The position numbers and the translations under genes were made by a program. A stretch of 64,000 bases of DNA from Octopus sinensis (taxonomy: Eukaryota). Every line of letters begins with the position of its first letter. Position 1 is the stretch's first letter. Under the pieces are notes generated by a model. It was not told where the DNA came from, searched no databases, and saw nothing but the letters and a program-made list of their open reading frames with translations. Where the stretch lies: positions 7,006,001-7,070,000 of the forward strand of contig NC_043004.1 of the NCBI RefSeq assembly GCF_006345805.1, written 5' to 3'. Positions 39,212 to 51,807 of this stretch are shown here, piece by piece.

Positions 39212-40057
39212 AATAACAATAATAATAACAATAATAATAATGATAATAATAATAATAAAACCCAGCACAGCATGCATGACATTTTGTGGCATTGGTTTCA
39301 TGGTCAGAATTTTCAAAGCATGAAATAGTTAGCTGACACATCCCAAAATTCACCAACACTTTACTCCTGAGGTGCCTATGCATTCTTCTTTATGGTTCTT
39401 TTACTGGTCATTTTTCTGTCTTTCTGTGTTTTATTCGGTGTACGAGTATGTGTCCATTTACTCTTGATTATATCATTGTTCTCCTTCTTCACCTGACTTT
39501 TAACTCCTTTCTGCCCCTCTTTTACCCTTTTTTGATGGGTTGCAGTCTACCTAAGCATTGTATTTAATGAACTTATTACTATTTCATTTCATCAACATTT
39601 AAAGTCCTTTATCCATTCTGGCATGGGTTGGACGATTTGACCAGGCAAGCTGGAAGGCTGCACCAAACTCCAGTCTGATTTGGCATGGTTATCTACGGCT
39701 GGATGACCTTCCAAATGCCAACTACTCCGAGAGTGTAATGGGTGCTTTTATGTGCCACCGGCACTGGTACCATTTGCGTGACACCAGTATCTGCCACGAC
39801 TACAATTTTACTTGGCTTGATGAGTCTTCTTCTCAAGCACGATATAATGCCAAAGGTCTCGGCCATTCGTCATTGCCTCCGTGAGGCCCAACACTCGAAA
39901 AATCTTTTTATAAAACAAAAATTAGCGAATACATAAGTGGGTAGGGACATGGAGCAGAACAATAAAGACAAATTAAGTACCGCTGAAGACAAATTCTACA
40001 TTTACCGAAATTACTTCCGCTGCTAGCACACACTCACACCCATTTATTTCTAACGCA

Positions 40058-40106
<49 letters not shown>

Positions 40107-40401
40107 GCTATATGATGTAAAAAAAATTGTGGTCTAAGGGAAAAAACTCTTGTAAATTTATTTCAGTTGTATTACTTCCCTTGTCCATGTCTAGAAATTA
40201 TGATCAAATGCATTCCAACCGTTATTCTCACCCTTCTTCTTTTTAGATGTAGGGAATTGTGTCTTTCTTTCTTTCTACAGACATTTGGAATATTTCTAGT
40301 AGGTCTAGTGACAACGCAATGACTCCCTATTTAGCTTGATTAGTTTTCGTATTAGTTTCTTTTATACTTGTTTAAGTCTTTGACCGACGGCTATGCTGAG
40401 G

Positions 40402-42290
40402 TAAGGGGTTGTAAATAATTGATTCGAACCTTTCCAATGAATTATTTTCCAAGCAAACCATTAATTTTAATTGGAACACAGGCCAATCAATTATTGCAAT
40501 TAATTATCAATTATTTTGCCGAACGTAAAAACACCGTATATTTTGGAGTGTTTTAGCTTCGATTTAGATAAGAGCCAAAACGATAGGAAAATAAAAGGAA
40601 CGTCTTATAGTTTCAAAATACTTGATTATCAGAAAACATTCAAAGTTCAATTTCATTGATTTAGAATAAGGAACAAACAACATGTATACTCTACATTGTA
40701 CAGAAGTTGAAAAATAAATACGTTGAAAGTCATTAATTGAAAGAGTTTCCCAAACGGGAAGCACAATTAAAATGTTCCAATATAGCAAAAGGTCATGAAC
40801 GATTGCAGATTTCTGAAACTAGTTCTTCATCCCAGAAAGTGAGATTGACTTTTAGAAATAATTGCATGTCTAAATTCATTGCCGAAAATCATTAAAAGCG
40901 TAAGCAGCTGAGCTGAAGAAACGTTCCACGATGTTGGTAACAAAAATCTACAGCTCAGATATTGCTAAGGTGAAATTCGATCTTTTTTGTGTTATTTCAA
41001 ACAAAGTGAAGCAAAATCACCATCTTCTACAGGTAAATCAGACTGTTGTGACGTGTCTGTCGCCACTTTCAGGTGATGTAGAGTGGCTACTTCATCCACA
41101 GTTAGCTCTGCTTCTGCCTGTTGTAAAATTTTCATAACTCCACTTTCAAAATTTGGGCTGTGCAAAATGGCTGCCGATGGAAGCAAATATTTTAAAAACA
41201 CCTCGTAAGGATACAATGCGAGAATTTCGTCAAAAAGAATTCGAGCATCTCCCAAATCTGTTTCTGTTCTTTGCAAGGCGACTGTTACTGAGCGTAACTT
41301 TCCTAAACTGTCTTTTAGAGTCTACAGATCATTATGATCACATGGAGACAACAGATAATCAACCAGCTTTGGATCGCCTTGAAAAGAGTCTAAAAACGGC
41401 TTGAGTTGGATGTACCTCTCAATCATGTCATATGTACTGGACCAACGGGTCTTATTTCTTTGTATAGGTTGCAAAGGCGTTTTTTCCCAAAGTTTACAAG
41501 TTTTAATGATTTTAGCTTGTCCATCAACATATCAATTTAATCAAGCAGAACTTCCTGCTTGTCAAGATAAGCAGGAACAGCTAGATTGAATTTATGGGAG
41601 GCATATCCAATCAATGTTATTCTACATAAATTCATCATAGACTTGTTCACTTCTGTATTATCTCCTACAACATTTTCTAAATTTTTTATTATAGACACTT
41701 ACCACATTCTCTATAAATTCGAGATAATCAGAAGCAGTGAACGATGTTTCACGTACCATTGGTGAAAATGCCAGTAAAACAATACAATAGTAATTTTGAT
41801 AATTGCATGAATAAGATGCAAAAAGTCCAATGAAATGTGTTGAACTCTTAGTTCCTTCGATTACCAACAAAAATTTACTTGCAAGTTCATCAGATTTTTT
41901 TCTTCCCCACGTCTTGAGTAAGTTTCTCCATGTATCTCTTTATGGTCACATTCGTCATACTTCCACGAGTCAGTGGGTCTTCAATAAAGGAAAATGGTTT
42001 TAAGCCAAAACATACCCACTCAATCCAACCATAAACATTTGAGACCGAGCAACTGACCAAACTACTTCTTGGTGGAAGAAAACCCAATGAAGATGGCTGC
42101 CCAGTTGCTTGTGTAGTAGAATACTCTGGATGCTGGTTTTTTATATGATTCATAAGATTTGTCCATCCAGTTCTTTTTTGCTAGGTCAACTTTTTTCCGC
42201 ACTTGCATTTTCCATATATGTTCACTGTCTGTTTGGTTGAAATATTTTCTGACGATTTGGGGGTTTTCATACGGCATATGTTAGTTTAAA
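40402..42290 (-). mobile_element. Decayed hAT-superfamily DNA transposon (one candidate end only)
   Basis: Transposase remnant as in the next feature. Candidate terminus taaggggttgtaaataattg at 40402 interrupts a SINE-like tail. The matching end was not found. Confidence 0.65.
40810..42277 (-). pseudogene. hAT transposase pseudogene (BED-like finger, catalytic core, dimerisation domain)
   Basis: Across frameshifts it reads CKCG..TGWTNLMNHIKNQH, VYGWIEWV..KPFSF, THFIGLFA, LLAFSP, RNKTRWSSTYDMIERY, HSPNFESGVMKI and FLLPTS..VERFFSSA..MQLFLKVN..FW. Confidence 0.85.
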
Positions 42291-42927
42291 ATAAAAGATA
42301 TTTTGCCACAGATTAAAATAGAAGATATTTCGCCACTCCACTGATGGAAGTCTGATTCAGTTAATATGTTGGAGTGGAATTCAAGATAAAACCACGTTGC
42401 AGGTGAAGTTATGATTTAATGACTTGAAGACAGATGTATAGAATTCATTCATTTATATTCTTTTATCTATTTATGAAATTCTTAAAATTTCTCACCATTG
42501 ATAATTATGTATAGTACTATTTCATTCTTTTTAGAAACCATCAGCATGATAAAACTTCCATCTTTAATAATATATCCCACATCATAAAATGTTTAATTAG
42601 TATAGTTTCTCTGCTTCCTCAACACCACTTCTTGTTTTCTTCCCCTTTGACAAGCCATTACCAGCTACCCTGTCCCCCACAAAACTATCCAACCCATGCC
42701 AGCAAAGAAGTTGGATATTAAATGATCATATTACAATGATGGTAATTTTAAATGTCATATCCAAACTTTTGTTTCATTTAGTGTCACAGTAAAATCTAGG
42801 AAACAGAATAAATGTTCTGTGATTTCTGGAAAAATTGCATGATTCCACAGTCAAATAAGTTCAGGAACCACCATTCTAGATAACAACTACGAGAAATATT
42901 TAACAATTAAAAATGCTAGGGAAAAGA

Positions 42928-43270
42928 AGGCGTGGCTGTGTGGTAAGAAGTTAGCTTCCCAACCACATGGTTCGGGGTTCAGTTCCACAGCATGGCACTT
43001 TATGCATGTCTTTTATTATAGTCTTGGGTTGACCAAAGGCTGGTGAGTGGATTTGGTAGACGGAAACTGAAAGAAGCCCATCGTAAATATATGTGTGTCT
43101 TCGGTCCCCATTTCTGCTTGACAGCCTGTGTTGGTGTATTTACATCCTCATAACTTATTGGTTTGGCATAAGAGACCAACAGAACAAGTACTAGGCTGGG
43201 GGTCGATTCGTTGACTAAAGTTCTAGAAGGTGGAGCCCCAGTATGGCCACAGTTTAATGATTGAAACTAA
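42928..43270 (+). mobile_element. CORE-type SINE copy lacking the internal microsatellite
   Basis: Match to 4717-5108. Confidence 0.85.
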
Positions 43271-44494
43271 TAAAAGATAGAAGCCGATGATTATTGTTTT
43301 ACTTATAAATAGGCACAAGTGTGGCTGTGTGGTTAAGAAGCTGGTTTCTCAGCCATGTGATCTTGGGTTCAGTCCCTCTGCACAACACCTTGGCCAAGTA
43401 ATGTCTACTATAGCCCTAGGCAGACCAAAGGCTTGTGAGCAGATCTGGTAAGTGGAAACTGAAAGAAGCCAATTGTATTATCATTGTCATGGTTGTAAAC
43501 AACCACCGTTATCATAGAAATGAAGTTGTTCGTTTCTCATTTTCTGTGAACAATATGTATGGTTATGGAGATATTACTTTGCTTGGAAACAGGTGACAGT
43601 TGGCAATGAGAAGAGCATCTGGCCATAGAAAACCTACCACAATGAATTCCATCTGACTCATAGAAGTATGGGAAGCTGGATGTTAAATGCTACTACAGAT
43701 GAGGTGGAAAAAAATAAGGCCAGTTAAAAATAATAATCCTTTCTACTATAGGCACAAGGCCTGGATTCTGTGGGGAGGGGGATTGTCGATTACATCGACC
43801 ACGATGTTTCACTGGTACTTAATTTATCGACCCTGAAAGGATGAAAGGCAAAGTCGAGCTCGGTGGAATTTGAAATACTGCTAAGCATTTTGTCCGGCAT
43901 GCTAACAATAACAATAATAAAATTATTGTGTATAGTGCTCAGGTTGTTACTATTGATTTGAAACAGAAACCCAAGACATATTTTAGAGGAGGACAAGGGT
44001 GGACATATCCATCTCAGTACTTGTTTGGTACTTATCAGCCCCAGAAAAATGAAAAGAAAAGTAACACTGGTGACATTTGAACTTGGAATGTATGTGCAGA
44101 AGTGGCTGTGCAGTAAGAAGCTTACTTCCCAACCACATGGTGCTGGTTCCAGTTCCACTCCATAGCACCTTGGGCAAGTGTCTTCAGCTGTAGCCTCAGG
44201 TTGATCAAAGCCTTGTGACTGGATTTGATAGATGAAAACTGAAAAAAAATCCTATTTTATTCATCAATCATCATCATTGTTTAACATCCACTTTCCATGC
44301 TAGCATGGGTTGGACGATTTGACTGAGGACTGGCGAACCAGATGGCTGCACCAGGCTCCAATCTGATCTGGCAGAGTTTCTACAGCTGGATGCCCTTCCT
44401 AATACCAACCACCCTAAGAGTGTATTTGGGTGCTTTTACGTGCCACCGGCACGAGGGCCAGACAGGTGGTACTGGCAATGGCCACACTAAAATG

Positions 44495-45385
44495 GTAGGC
44501 ACAAGGCCTGAAATTTTGGGGGAGCGGACCAGTCAATTAGATCAACCCCAGTAACAACTGGTACTTAATTTATCAACTGCGAAAGCATGAAAGGCAAAGT
44601 TGACCTCAGCGGAATTTGAACTTAGAACGTAAAGAACCGCTAAGCATTTTGCCCAGCATGCTAACGTTTCTGCCGCTCACTGTCTTACATTATATAAATA
44701 ATGTGTGTATGTCTGTCCACCACCACCACCACCACCTGACAAGTGGTGTTTGTACATTTACATCCCTATAACTTAATGGTTTGGCAAAATATATCAATAG
44801 AATAAGCACCAGGCTTTAAAAAAATAAAAGGGATAAGTAGTGGGGTTGATTCATGTGACTAAAATTTCTCAAAAGTGATGCCCCAGCATGGCCACAGTCT
44901 AATGACTGAAATGAGACAAAAGATAAAAGCTGTAACTAAACGCTTCAAGGTGTTTTGTCTGATGCTCCGTTGATATTCTTTTCTACTCTAGGCACAAGGC
45001 CTGAAATTTTGGAGGTTGGGGGCTCAGTTGATTAGACTGACACCAGTATGCAACTGGTACTTAAATTATTGACTCCAAATGGGTGAAAGGTGACGTCGAA
45101 CTCAGCAGAATTTGAACTCAGAACGTAAAGACAGATGAAATACTGCTACACATTTTGTCCGGCGTGCTAATGTTTCTACCAGCTCACCGCCTTGAAAATA
45201 TTTTCTACTCCAGGCACAAGGCCTGAAATTTTGGGGGAGTAGGCCAGTCGATTAGATCAACTCCAGTATGGAACCAGTACTTAATTTATTGATCCTGGCA
45301 GAATTTGAACTCAGAATGTAAAAGACAGGAAAATACCACTAAGTGTTTTGCCTGGCGTGCTAACATTTCTGCCAGCTCGCTGCCT
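44495..45385 (-). mobile_element. Cluster of GGCGGCGAGC-family SINE copies
   Basis: Three copies of aggcacaaggcctgaaatttt...gaatttgaactcagaacgtaaag...ctgccagctcgc. Confidence 0.8.
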
Positions 45386-48300
45386 TTGATACTCTGTTGA
45401 TATTGCTCATCTGGTATAAAATATGAGGATTGAAGAATCTAGTTGGGTTCTCCATGTGGAAACAAATATATTTTAGGAGGAAAAACAAACAATGAAAAAG
45501 ATTGAGAGAAAAGACGAGGTTTCAATATTTGGGTGAAAGATTTTCTTTTATTATTATAACCAAAAGTCTCAACCACCAATAAGGTGAAAAATATAGAAAA
45601 AGGCAATTAAAATAGATATTTGACTAGATACATCTTACCATGGTCAATTTGGCTTAAGCTTCCAGTCGACATATCTTTGGCTGTGGAGATGTACTCAGAG
45701 ACATAACACTGATGTTATATCCAGGATACTGCAATAGTTTGACCTGGTAACAGCATTTTATCTTTTCAAAGTCTTCAAAGAATAATACTTTGTACTCTTC
45801 TCACATTTATCATGATTAACAACAATAGTGTTCTGTCAGTGACACAAGTCAAAAATACTAATTCCTTCAATCAGGATTTTCCAATAAGGCCAGATGTAGA
45901 TTTCTGTTCAGCTACCATTGGCCTTTTCTTTTTATTATTATTTTTTCTTCAATCAACTTAGAAAATATACAGATAGAAATCAAGGAAAATATAAAGCGAG
46001 AAAGGAAATTTCGGAAGAAAAAATTTAGCTCACCAGATACAAGAAAATATACTATTAGCTTTTATGTATAATTAATATGGACTCTATTTTTTTTTATTTT
46101 TCATTTTGGGAAAATGAAAATTGCATTGTTAACAGCTGCCATAAGTGAATAAGGATGCTTTTATTTTTTAAATCCAAATCTAATTTTTTCATTCAAACTA
46201 ATTTAGGGTTTTATCCAAACTTTAAAAAAGAATCACAGAGGTTTTGAGGCAAGTGTTGCTTTCAGTAACACAAGAAAATATATTGATAACATTAAAAAAA
46301 AAAAAAGCTTTTCTAACTGAAGGCTAAAAATACAATATATATATATATTGGAATATATAACAACACAAAGCATCTACAACAAATTACTTAGAGAAAACTT
46401 TTGTCACATAGAGGAGAAGATTTTGATCTATAGTGTTTAGAAGATAGATTCGTCTTGGCTAATCTGAATGTAGAGTCCTGAATCCATCTTATTAAGATAG
46501 TTCACTGGTGGTATGGAAGAAATTTATTCTGGTGAGAGCAGCTTGTGTTTTATGGTGATACAAGTTACCCTGAATGACATTTTTCTTCATGTATGTATGT
46601 ATATTTAGAAATTGATATGGAATTGGTGACTGAAAATGAGTACACATAAACAAGTAACTGATTGAAAGTATATTAATTTTTAGAGTACCTCATGAAAGCA
46701 CTTTCTTGAAGTAGAATATTTAAAAATCTTGGAAGTACCTCAACAAACTGGAATTGGTAAATTGTTTAATTACCCAGGGAAGAATTATGAAACAAACTGA
46801 TCTTTTACAATGGAAAACAAGAGAAGACAAAGAAAAAAAAATAATAATAACAATAATAATTTCAACATTTTGGTCAACGATTCTAGATATATATTTTTTT
46901 TGTTAAATTGTTAACAAATTGTTAGTTTGATATCAGACTCTCTGCCTTTATTATTAATATAAATCTGAAGACGGCAGAAAATGGGGTGGGTGTGTTCTGC
47001 TGCTTCCATTTTCAACAGGTGGTTGTAGGGGTGTGGGAAGGAAGAAGGGGGGTGTTTGACAAGGAAAGAAGACAAAGTAATATGTGTAAAGGTATAAATG
47101 GAGAGTTAAAAACTGATCACAGATTTCATTTCCATCTAGACATTAACAGCACTTCGGCTGCTCTCCTTTTTGGGGGTGTAGAATGGAAGAGTGTATGCAG
47201 CAATAGCAGTTATTCATTTATTTATTTTAGGCACGTCAATGTGCTCTGGCTTGGAAGGAATATGATTTGACAACTTTCACTACTATGATCGGAGATGAAT
47301 TTAAAAATAGGAAACAATAAAAATAAAAAATAAAGTCAGTTTGGAAGTTGGCAGTAATAAATTTTGTGAGACAAATCATTCAGCTTATAATCATACTGTA
47401 ATATATTAAATTTCATTTGCCTTATTTTTTTTCTTCTTCAAAATTCCTTCATAATGGAATTTCAAGTTCAATAGGAAATTATAGTTAATAATGATGATAA
47501 TAATAAAAATAAGCGAATATTTTCAACCCACCAATTGTAACTTACAAAACTTTTGAAGGAGGGGGGAAAAATATTAAAAAAATAAAATTAAACTTATACA
47601 TATATATACATATAAGTGTTAAACATGCACAGACAAACAGACACGCAAATGCGTCTCTTAACATAGATTTACATTTATCATACAAAATTAATGTATCTTT
47701 GCATGAGTGATTGTGCAGCCTGGGAATGTGTCCCTTGGTTTCTATGGCTTAGAAACTTCCATATTATAAGTTCAAACATATGTCAGTCTCTCTCTCAGAA
47801 AAAAAAAAAAAAAGCATTTATAGTTAGTCAATATTTTGGAGCTAACAGACTGCTTAGCAGAATTTTCTCCTTTACTCTTTCTTTCCTTTCATTGTATGTT
47901 GAAAACAAAGTTCAAGCAAGAAAATTTCAGTTTTCATCCTTTAGTAAGATCTTAATGATTTGATTGATATGTACTGATTGGAAAATGCTAACAGGAGAAA
48001 ATAATTGAAAGTGAAATGTTTGTATGTAAATGTATGCAACACAGACACACACTTACATATATATATATAAGCAAATATTTTGCAAAAAATATCAAGTTGT
48101 TGTAATCTCGTTTCACATTCTTCTAGAGAGATCATCTTAGGGTATTCAAATTTTGATAAATTTCTAAGGTTGCAACAAACGGCAACCATATGAAGGGTGA
48201 TAACTCATCCATTTTCTTCCTGTCACAGCTCTGGGGCTGATTTCTGTCTGTCGAACCTACTAAAGAAGTAGGAAATGATAAACGGGAGGTTTTTTCCCCC

Positions 48301-49751
48301 TAGAAGCGGATAATTGGACTTTACCCAAATTGCTTCTGTTGGAACCTCCACCAACATTAAAACCACCGTCAGTTGGTAGTTTTTTTTCGTATCAATTTTT
48401 TCTTCACATTTTCTTTCTGCTATTTTTTCTTCACTTTGGACACAATTTACAATTACTCTTAATTTCCACCACAGATCACGATTTTTTTTCACCTCACAGA
48501 AAACCCATACATGCATATAATATGTATATATATATATATATAATGGATCAATGTGGGTGCATTCTTAAAAATAAAATAAAATAAGAGAAAAATTGATTTA
48601 AAGAGTTAATTTCATTGAATACTTTCAATTTTCGCGGCGAGCTTTCTTTTTATTCTTTGGTTTAGCTTCGGTCCAGTTATCTATGGAATAAAATAAGAAG
48701 ATGATTAATAGGAGAAAATAAAATAAATGAAATTGCAAAACAATCAGAGTTTAATAAAACAAAGCATTGTATTTTTGCACAGCAGCTGGAATGAAGAATT
48801 CAGTAAGCAGAGCAAAATTTATTTCAAGTCCTTTACTGTAATTATAGACAAGAATCTGAACCAGCATCCTGATACCAGCTTAATAAAATTCATCCACTCA
48901 TCATTATTGTGCTAACGTTCTCTTTTCCATGCTTGCATTGGGTTGGAATGAGTTAGTGAGGCAGATTTTCTACATCTAGATGCCCTTCAACCCTCACCTG
49001 TTTCCTCGGGCATGTGTTAGCCCCAGGCTAACCATTGCTTTGTGAGTGAATTTGGGATATGGAAACTGTGCGGAATCCCATTATGTGAATACATGTATAT
49101 GTATGAGTCTTTGTATTCGTCCCCCAACATTAGTTGACAACTGGTGTTGGTTTGTTAATGTCCTTGTAACTTTGCAGTTCAGTAAAAGAGACTGATAGAA
49201 TAAGTACCAGGCTTAAGAGATAAGCAAAAGATAAAAGATGTCACAACTGGAAACTTGATCATCAATTTGAAACCCACAATAGGAATATCAGATGAAGAAA
49301 AACATACTTAAAGTGAATGTCACACATGGAAATTAAAAAAAGGTCTCAAAACAGAATCTCGGGATACACTTATGAGATCAAAAACATCAGATATACATGT
49401 ACCATTTATCTTTATAGTTGAACAGTTCACGTTATCCAATAGTAAACAGGTTTCCTAACAATTTTTAGCCAAACTTTTAGCCTCATCCGACCTACACTGA
49501 CATAGTAAAACAGACGCGAAATGATATTAAAATGACTTCAAAAATAAGAACATGAATACCCAGGCTTTAGAAATAAAGGTTCCCGGTTCAAGTTATGTCC
49601 CTTACCGTGCATGTCGTCATTGTTCAATGTCCATGTAGCATGCTTGCATGGGTTCTTAGGAAGTATATCGCTAATCTGTCTCACTACAAGTTCGATGGTT
49701 TAACAAGATCCAACAAGCCTGAGGACTGTGTCTGCTTTGGCAAGGTTTTTT

Positions 49752-49955
49752 ACAGCTGGATGCTCTTCTTATCACCAACCCCTCAACAGCTGGATGTCCT
49801 TCCTATCACCAACCGCTTTACAACTGGATATCCTTCCTATCGCCAACCCCGTTACAGCTGGATGCCCTTCCTATCGCCAACCCCGTTACAGCTGGATACC
49901 CTTCCTATCGCCAACCCCTCAACAGCTGGATGCCCTTCATATTGCCAACCCCATT
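49752..49955. repeat. Tandem array, 6 x 34 bp, derived from the RTE-tail segment
   Basis: Unit acagctggatgcccttcctatcgccaaccccgtt, contiguous with no spacers. Confidence 0.95.
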
Positions 49956-51660
49956 ACAGTGTACACTGGGTATTTTTCATTTGTTTTTTTTTATGGAACC
50001 AGCACATGTGAAATAAAACACCTGACAAAGGCTGGAGATCAAACCAATGGAAACTATTTGGATGTAAATACTGTAAAGGATATTTTAAGATGCGGTTAAT
50101 AAGGAGAAAAATCATAATCTTATTACCTTATTTTGATTAAGTCTAACATTATAATCTAACTTATCATTCTCCTCTTCACCATTGTTATAACATCCATTTT
50201 TCCATACTTCTGTGGATCAACAGATTTTGTACTGTTGGATACCTTTTCTGTCACCAACCCTTACCAGTTCCCAAGCAAGGTAATATTGCCTTATGGCCAG
50301 ACAAGATTTTGTGGAATACTGAAAATGAACACTGCTTGAATGACAGTGATACTCATTTACAATTATCACATGATGGTAATTGTAAAGGAGACACAAACAT
50401 ATACACACACACACATATGTATATACATACATATATCCACTCACAAGGCTCTTGGGCCACACAGTGGAACTGTGTGACCGAAGGTACTACACAGTGGGAC
50501 TGAACCGGAAATCAGGTGGTTGAGAAGCAAACTTCTGAATCACACAGCCATAACTGCACCTATTTAAAATATTCACATTAGCAGAGTGTAGTTAACCTTA
50601 AAAAGTAAATTATTATCATCAGTATATAACAAGTATGTCAATGCTTATCACCTAGGTTAAATAAATTTGCTAAGATAAAACATAATCCATATATATACAC
50701 TAAACAGTTATGACATCTATACTAGTAGAAGAAAAGAATGCTTCGATATCAGTAAATGGTAGTTGAAATAGTCTACGTTCACCAGAAAAGTGCTTTAATT
50801 TTCAGTAACATGTAAGCTGGGGGAATAACATTTTCTCTACTGACAGCTAAATGTATCTCGAACAAAACATGGTGTGTGTGTGTGATCTTGCGATTGGTGT
50901 GTTGAGATTGAAGTGTTTTTTGCTCCAGATATAACAGCTTAAATCTCTTTCATACTGAACAGAGAGCTTTCCAAAGAAAATTGCTGCTGATGGATAATCC
51001 AGCAGTTACAGCTGATTATGTACAAGTGAAGACATTTTTGGAAAATGTGTAGAACAAATTTCACAGTAATGTTTTACTCAATGACTTAAACCTCAGCATA
51101 TCTGGCTTTAAACAGGTAGAAAAGCAAATAGATTCCTCACACACTAGACATTAGGAAGGGAACCCAGTTGTAGAAACCATGCCAAAGCAGAGTTTGGAGT
51201 CTCCTGTTAAACCATCCAACCAAACACCAGCATGGAGAACAGATATTAAAAGGTGGTGATGATTAAAAGGTGTTCAAGGTTATACATCTTTAAGGGAAGG
51301 GTTTATATTGAATAAGTCAACTCCCTAATCCTTTTATTTGCTTCAGTAATTCGACTGTGGCCATGCTGGAGCACAGCCGTTAGTTGAACAAATTGACCCC
51401 AGGACTTATTCTTTGTAAGCCTAGTTCTTATTCAATCGGTCTCTTTTTACTGAACTGCTAAGTTACAGGGACGTAAACACACCAACATTAGTTGTCAAGC
51501 GATGTTGGGGGAGACAAACACAGACATATACATACATACAATATATACATACATACATACATATATATATATATATGAGAAGAAAATGGATATAATAACA
51601 ATGGGACTCTCGTAGTTTTCACTGGTATGCCTTTAATTTAACTAGATAATGAAGAAGGTA

Positions 51661-51711
51661 GCATTTACAATCATTTCAATTTACTGGTTTAAGTAAATCT
51701 CTTCAGAATTC
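51661..51711 (-). ncRNA. Minimal type I hammerhead motif, left arm (CpG-decayed)
   Basis: Minus strand reads gaatt-CTGAAGA-G-atttac-ttaaacca-gtaaat-T-GAAAT-gatt-GT-A^-aatgc. Confidence 0.55.
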
Positions 51712-51754
51712 GAATATAGATAGATGCATCCTAACTGATGCATCTATTTATATT

Positions 51755-51807
51755 CACATTCTAAAGAGATGCACTTAAACCAGTAAATTGAAACGATCGT
51801 AAATGCT
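51755..51807 (+). ncRNA. Minimal type I hammerhead motif, right arm, with G5A core change
   Basis: cacatt-CTAAAGA-G-atgcac-ttaaacca-gtaaat-T-GAAAC-GATC-GT-A^-aatgc. Palindromic ACGATCGT helix III. Confidence 0.5.

Noticed and set aside
39975-40025. CTGAAGA-caaattctacatttac-CGAAA
   Set aside because: Helix II has no closing pair and there is no helix III/UH site.
42290-42900. Second TIR of the hAT fossil
   Set aside because: No reverse complement of the 40402 terminus was found.
49752-49955. CRISPR-like 34-bp direct repeats
   Set aside because: The units are contiguous with no unique spacers, they derive from a retroelement tail, there are no cas genes and the context is eukaryotic.
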